Shown here: piece after piece, positions 59,470 through 64,000 of the stretch | Layout: the number at the start of each line of letters is the position of its first letter | Numbering within the stretch: position 1 is the first letter of the stretch | IMG/VR virus record: IMGVR_UViG_3300029705_000055 | Location: 1-64,000 of that record | Strand: one strand, 5' to 3' | Source of the DNA: a virus | Taxonomy: Duplodnaviria; Caudoviricetes | Length of the DNA stretch: 64,000 nucleotides | Program-made: the position numbers and the translations under genes | The notes under the pieces: model-generated | What the model was told of the DNA's origin: nothing | What the model saw: the letters and a program-made list of their open reading frames with translations, nothing else | Databases searched by the model: none

Positions 59470-60555
59470 TTACAGAGCAATAGTACCGTACTTGGAACCA
59501 ACCACAGCAGACACGCCGACTCTTAATTCGACAGAGATGCCATAACGTTTGTCAGAAGTGGATTCGGGGTTGAACGAAACAGAAATTTCGTCGCCTTCGA
59601 AAACTATCTTAACAGGACGAACGCCGCCGACAGGAATCATGTAAATTCTATTGTCGGGAAGAGCGAGGGTGGCAGTGCTATTGGTAGTGCCGGGGATAAG
59701 AACATTGTTAAGACCAACAAGGGGAACACCAAGATACTGATCAAGGTATCCAACTTTGTTCATCTCTTCGCCTATCTGGACCTGGAAGTTGCCCTGCAGC
59801 GAAACATTGCTGAGAGCCACAGCGGTACCGATAGCAATAACGTTCATGCCGCCATTGGCAGCAGAAACTCTTTCTCTAAGGGTGCCCCAAAGAGTCGGAG
59901 TTACGCCATTGGTGGTATAAGCAGCACCGAAATCGGTGGTAGCCTGAGTCATGCCTTTAACGGCTTTAAGGAAGATGTAAGCCATGAACGAACGGCCGAT
60001 CTTAAGAGCGAAGTTGCCCATATCGAACACGCCCGCCACGAACGGATACCAGTCAATGCAAGCGTCCACGGTAAGGGGAGCAGCATTGACGGTGATTTCG
60101 TCATCGAACATCGGCTGATCAACGCCCTTGCGAACGCCTTCAGCTTTAGAGTTAACTCTGAAAAGATCATTCGATTCAATTATGAAACGAGCGGTCTCGC
60201 CGTAGCCAACTTGATGAACATCGGCAATGAACTTAGAGAAAGTATCGTTAACCACTTCGGGAACGATAGCATTGATAACCTGTGCGATCACCGCATTGAA
60301 GTTATCGCGAACGGTGCTGTTGTTTTTAACCATAGGACGGTTGTAAACAGCAAGGCCTTCAGCTTCGAAAGCAGCCTCATAACGGGTGCCTTCAACGCCT
60401 TTCTTACCCATAGCGTAAAGCAGGTCTTTGTTGCGAGCTTCATAATCAGCAGGTTTTCTGCCTTCGTAGCAGGCTCTCGCAAGGTCAAGGGTGCAATCAA
60501 CGAGCGAGTTGAAGGACTCGTCCGTGGATTTCGTATAAGCAAAATATTTTTCCAT
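59470..60555 (-). CDS. Major capsid protein
   Basis: 361 aa after protease/scaffold and decoration-like genes; strongly biased codons; no TAG. Confidence 0.75.
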   Translation of the reverse strand: MEKYFAYTKSTDESFNSLVDCTLDLARACYEGRKPADYEARNKDLLYAMGKKGVEGTRYEAAFEAEGLAVYNRPMVKNNSTVRDNFNAVIAQVINAIVPEVVNDTFSKFIADVHQVGYGETARFIIESNDLFRVNSKAEGVRKGVDQPMFDDEITVNAAPLTVDACIDWYPFVAGVFDMGNFALKIGRSFMAYIFLKAVKGMTQATTDFGAAYTTNGVTPTLWGTLRERVSAANGGMNVIAIGTAVALSNVSLQGNFQVQIGEEMNKVGYLDQYLGVPLVGLNNVLIPGTTNSTATLALPDNRIYMIPVGGVRPVKIVFEGDEISVSFNPESTSDKRYGISVELRVGVSAVVGSKYGTIAL

Positions 60556-60580
60556 TATATTAACCCTCCTCCTTTACAAA

Positions 60581-61126
60581 TTAGAGCTGAACGACTTCAA
60601 CGAGGTAGATGGAACCGTTAGATTTCATACCAGTCGTGAGGTCTTCTTTAATAAGAACTTTAACGGCAAAGCCAGAACCAGGAAGAGAAGCAGCTGCTTT
60701 GTGAGTGAATTCACCAGCTTCAGCAGTAGCAAACTTACCAACAGTGGGTTCGGTATCGAAGTTGTCTTCGCCTATCCAGTATTTGTCGTGAAGAGCAAGT
60801 CTACGAGCTCTAGCTATGGTACCAGCAGGAACCTTCAGACCATAGAGCTTGTTGCCCATTTTGTAAACATTATCGGCAATAGCGCCTTCAGAAATGCCAG
60901 CGTAGTCAACAATGACAACTTCATCGGTAGCAGCCGCGGGGGCAGCAACGATATAAGTGTCATATTCAAGACCGTCCAGACCAGCAGGATCATAAACGGT
61001 GTTAGGAGCAAGATCGCCACAGACGACGAGAGCGCCATCGGGGAGTTCTACGTCAGCAACAACGTTAGTCAGGTAAGAATCGGCAACGCCACTAAGCATC
61101 TTACCTCTTTTAAAAACATTAGCCAT
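60581..61126 (-). CDS. Putative capsid decoration/head protein
   Basis: 181 aa, immediately upstream of the capsid gene; no TAG. Confidence 0.6.
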   Translation of the reverse strand: MANVFKRGKMLSGVADSYLTNVVADVELPDGALVVCGDLAPNTVYDPAGLDGLEYDTYIVAAPAAATDEVVIVDYAGISEGAIADNVYKMGNKLYGLKVPAGTIARARRLALHDKYWIGEDNFDTEPTVGKFATAEAGEFTHKAAASLPGSGFAVKVLIKEDLTTGMKSNGSIYLVEVVQL

Positions 61127-61244
61127 AGTTTAATTCTCCTTTTAAATGTAAATTAATTTTTGGTTTAACGTATATATAAAACTAGATCTATCGCAGGATC
61201 GACTTCGGCGATATCGATAGAGCGACGTCTCTGTCTTAACAAGG

Positions 61245-63032
61245 TTATCTATTTGCGTAATCACGCAGGCGATCCCAAGAGCTAGCAGAGGCTTTCTTGG
61301 AATCTTCTTTTTTGGAAAAGACGGAATTGGTGTCGGGGGTTGAGATTGGTGCGCTAAATGACATTTCAGAAGCACCGTCTGTCTCTTCCTCCTGGACTTG
61401 TTCGGGCGCGGTAGCCATGTTTTGCTCAAGAAGCGCCATAGCAACCTTTACGCGCAAATCATCAAGAGAATTAATTTCTCCGCTTTCGCACCTTTGAGTA
61501 AATTCAGTTGCACTTTCAGAAGATATTTTCGACGAAGCAATTAACTTCTTGGCAGAGGCCACAAATTCCGCATGCTCAAATTTTGCAATTATTTCAGAAG
61601 CAGACTGAAGTTCGTTTTCAATTACGGCCTTTTCACCCTCGAGCTTCTCGTAAGCTTTTATAAGAGCATAGTGATCCGGATACTGCTGCAGCTTACTTTC
61701 ATAGGCAAGCTTTTCATCATCAACCTAACCCTCCGCGATAACAGCAGCAAGATTAGTTAAGTCTGCAAGGATACCGCGCACAGAATTAAGCGAACGACTT
61801 AATACATTAATAATATATTCACGATTCTCAATCTCTTCCGGCGCATTCTGGTAATATTCTAAGCATTCCGCGATATCACCGTCTTGCCAGTCAAAAGAAG
61901 ATATGAGCCAAGCTACATCTCTCATCGGAGCGTGCTCACATTCTTCACACTCTTCACAAGAATTTTCTTCACGTATGGTCTCTTTTTCCTCGCAAGGCTC
62001 TGCGTCTATAGCTTCGTGTCTACCGCCGCACTCAACGGCTTTTTCTTCGCATTCGCAAGGAGCTTTACCGCAATCAGGGCAAACCTCTTCACATTTTCCT
62101 CCACACTCGTCGGTTCTTTCTTCGCCGCAGGCTTCCTCTGCTTCCACGGCAGCGCCGCATTCACAAGAAGCGCCCTCGGTCTCAGAACAAGTGTCCTCGA
62201 AATTCTCCGTAGAAGAATCAGAGGTTTCAGAGATGGAGGTATCCGTCACAACTTCTTCAGTTGCAACGTTTTGTTCAAATTCCTCTGTGGAATTAAGAAC
62301 TTCTTCCATATTTTTCTCCTTCTTAACTTCGGTAGAGTTATCGAGTTTTTCATAAGCCAAACGCAAGGCCTGGACTTGCCTATCGTAAAGCTCTCTGCCC
62401 ATTACATCCACTACCGACAATTCTGCATTTTCTATTCCAGGCTCAACTTTTATACCGTTCCTGGAACCTAAAATTGTAACACCAATAAGCTCAAACTCAT
62501 TGATTTTCATTACACCGTTTTCAAGCATTTCATAATCGAGTATATCTACCTCAACAGAAATGTTTTTTGCGGGGCCGCCATTTTTCTTTGCACGGCGAGC
62601 ATCTTTAATTAATCTTTTTACTTGCTTAAAATTATACTGAGACCAGAGCGCGCATGTAAAGGTAATCCAATATAAACCATCGGATCCCTGTATAATTTTA
62701 CGCTCGTCAGATTCACGAATGATCCCAAGTATTCTCTCACCTTCGGTGTCCCAGGTATCAAAATAGGGAAGGTCTGTTTCGCCGTCTACCTTCCACTCCC
62801 CATTATGGGAAACGAAGTCGCCCTGTTTGAAATATCCCAAAATAGGCTTATTAACAAAAGTACCAATGGATCTTTCCATAGACTCTTTTGTAAACCAGGA
62901 ACCGTTTCGGTTGGGGTTGGCGCTGCTAATAGCGCGCATTTGCAATTCAAGAAAATCTTTTTTTAATAATTGAGTGACGCTGATTTGGTCGGCGTCAACT
63001 TCCAGAAAAAGTCTGGTATTATTATTTGCCAC
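61245..63032 (-). CDS. Putative prohead protease-scaffold protein (code 15, 595 aa)
   Basis: NRNGSWF...KPILG...SVEV...GVTILG N-domain, acidic/Cys-rich linker, coiled-coil C-terminus; TAG 61725. Confidence 0.7.
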
Positions 63033-63480
63033 TACCTTCAGTGCCCCCCTTTTGTTTTAAAAATTGTTCTTTGGTCGGCAGAGCATCAAACCGGGACATA
63101 ATATCGGACACGAAAGAGTTGCCGTTTAATTCATCATAGGAATCATATAAATCGTGCAAATTCTCGTAATCATAGTCATTTCTGTACCCCTTACCGAGAC
63201 AATCATAGTAACAACGTAAAATATCGTTACGCAGCGTCGATAATGTGCCATTGCCAATTTTTTCCAAACGATCGTTAATATAATCCATTTTGTCACATAT
63301 CGGTTTGACCTCTTCGGCAATAATATTACGAATCTACTCTGCAGACTCTTTTTGTTTCAGTTCTTTCACATGCTGGCTGTTCGCAACTTTTTTATCATGA
63401 AGATCTTTCCAAACGAGACTACTTACTGTTGAAAGGCTGAGAACAGACACAACTAAAGATACAATCTAAAGCCATTCCAT
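63022..63480 (-). CDS. Membrane-anchored phage protein, holin-like (code 15, 152 aa)
   Basis: MEWL-Q-IVSLVVSVLSL transmembrane segment; LR..IL..Y...G....EN...LY..Y..L.GN; two TAGs. Confidence 0.65.
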
Positions 63481-63499
63481 TTTCTTATACCCCCATCAC

Positions 63500-63997
63500 T
63501 CAATCATCATCGATATTAATGAAGTGGGTATATTTCTTAATATGTACATTTAATTTGTTCGCATCCATCTTACCAGCAGCATCAAGCCACTCTTCGCTCT
63601 GCTTTACGTAGTCTAATAATTTCATTAAAAATTCTTCCGCAAAAATTCTGACTTCGTCGTCATCATTTAAGTCGGCGACTTCAATTAATTCACGTACATA
63701 TTGTCTTAAATTACCAAGTGTTTCTACGAGCGCTTTAAAAACATCAACAGGTTCCTCATAATCTGTCGAATAACCGCCGATCGGATACCTTACAGGTCTG
63801 GCGGAAAGCTTCAACATTTGATCAGACACCTCGTCTGCCAAAGCCGGCATAGCGTGCGCCACATAGTGATGAACAACTTCAGCAATTCTATTATAATAAT
63901 GATAATCCAGACTATACGCAAGATTATCAATAACCGCGTTTGCGTCAAAAAGCATCGCGACAAGTTTATTCATACCTTCGTATGAATCTCTAGACAT
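63500..63997 (-). CDS. Ferritin/Dps-like four-helix-bundle protein (start may lie outside the window)
   Basis: Helical pattern HHYVAH...AD.V ... D..V..FAEEF. Confidence 0.5.
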   Translation of the reverse strand: MSRDSYEGMNKLVAMLFDANAVIDNLAYSLDYHYYNRIAEVVHHYVAHAMPALADEVSDQMLKLSARPVRYPIGGYSTDYEEPVDVFKALVETLGNLRQYVRELIEVADLNDDDEVRIFAEEFLMKLLDYVKQSEEWLDAAGKMDANKLNVHIKKYTHFINIDDD

Positions 63998-64000
63998 ACG

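Noticed and set aside
124-62471. Plus-strand ORFs in the track (e.g. 53739-54605, 61884-62471)
   Set aside because: They are antisense shadows of well-supported minus-strand genes and show no recognisable motifs.
4788-63480. Fragmented ORFs as pseudogenes, sequencing errors or a decayed prophage
   Set aside because: Fragments stay in frame, breaks are TAG only, catalytic motifs are intact, and no frameshifts were found.

Overview
This window is part of a large tailed phage genome, most likely infecting an anaerobic Firmicute (strong AGGAGG ribosome-binding sites, Amidase_3 endolysin, class III RNR). All genes are on the minus strand. From right to left: head genes, neck and major tail, holin, long tail fibres, RuvC-like and tyrosine recombinase genes, nrdH-nrdD-nrdG, a glycosyltransferase, tRNA-Thr, a giant tape-measure gene, baseplate and receptor-binding genes, endolysin, and a separately promoted block of small genes with an SSB. 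The ORF track looks shattered because the phage reads TAG as Gln (genetic code 15). Every break I traced is an in-frame TAG, several fall on conserved Gln positions, and the rebuilt genes end in TAA or TGA. The main discovery appears only after applying code 15 and removing a 318-nt group I intron (24914-25231). Region 20133-31691 then becomes one ~3746-aa protein combining a two-barrel RNA polymerase (beta-like K-x7-K and beta'-like RxP...DFDGD motifs), a PD-(D/E)XK-like nuclease and a tape-measure domain. This suggests a virion-delivered RNA polymerase whose synthesis needs about 33 TAG read-throughs plus self-splicing. All calls come from manual translation and motif recognition; no database searches were run.
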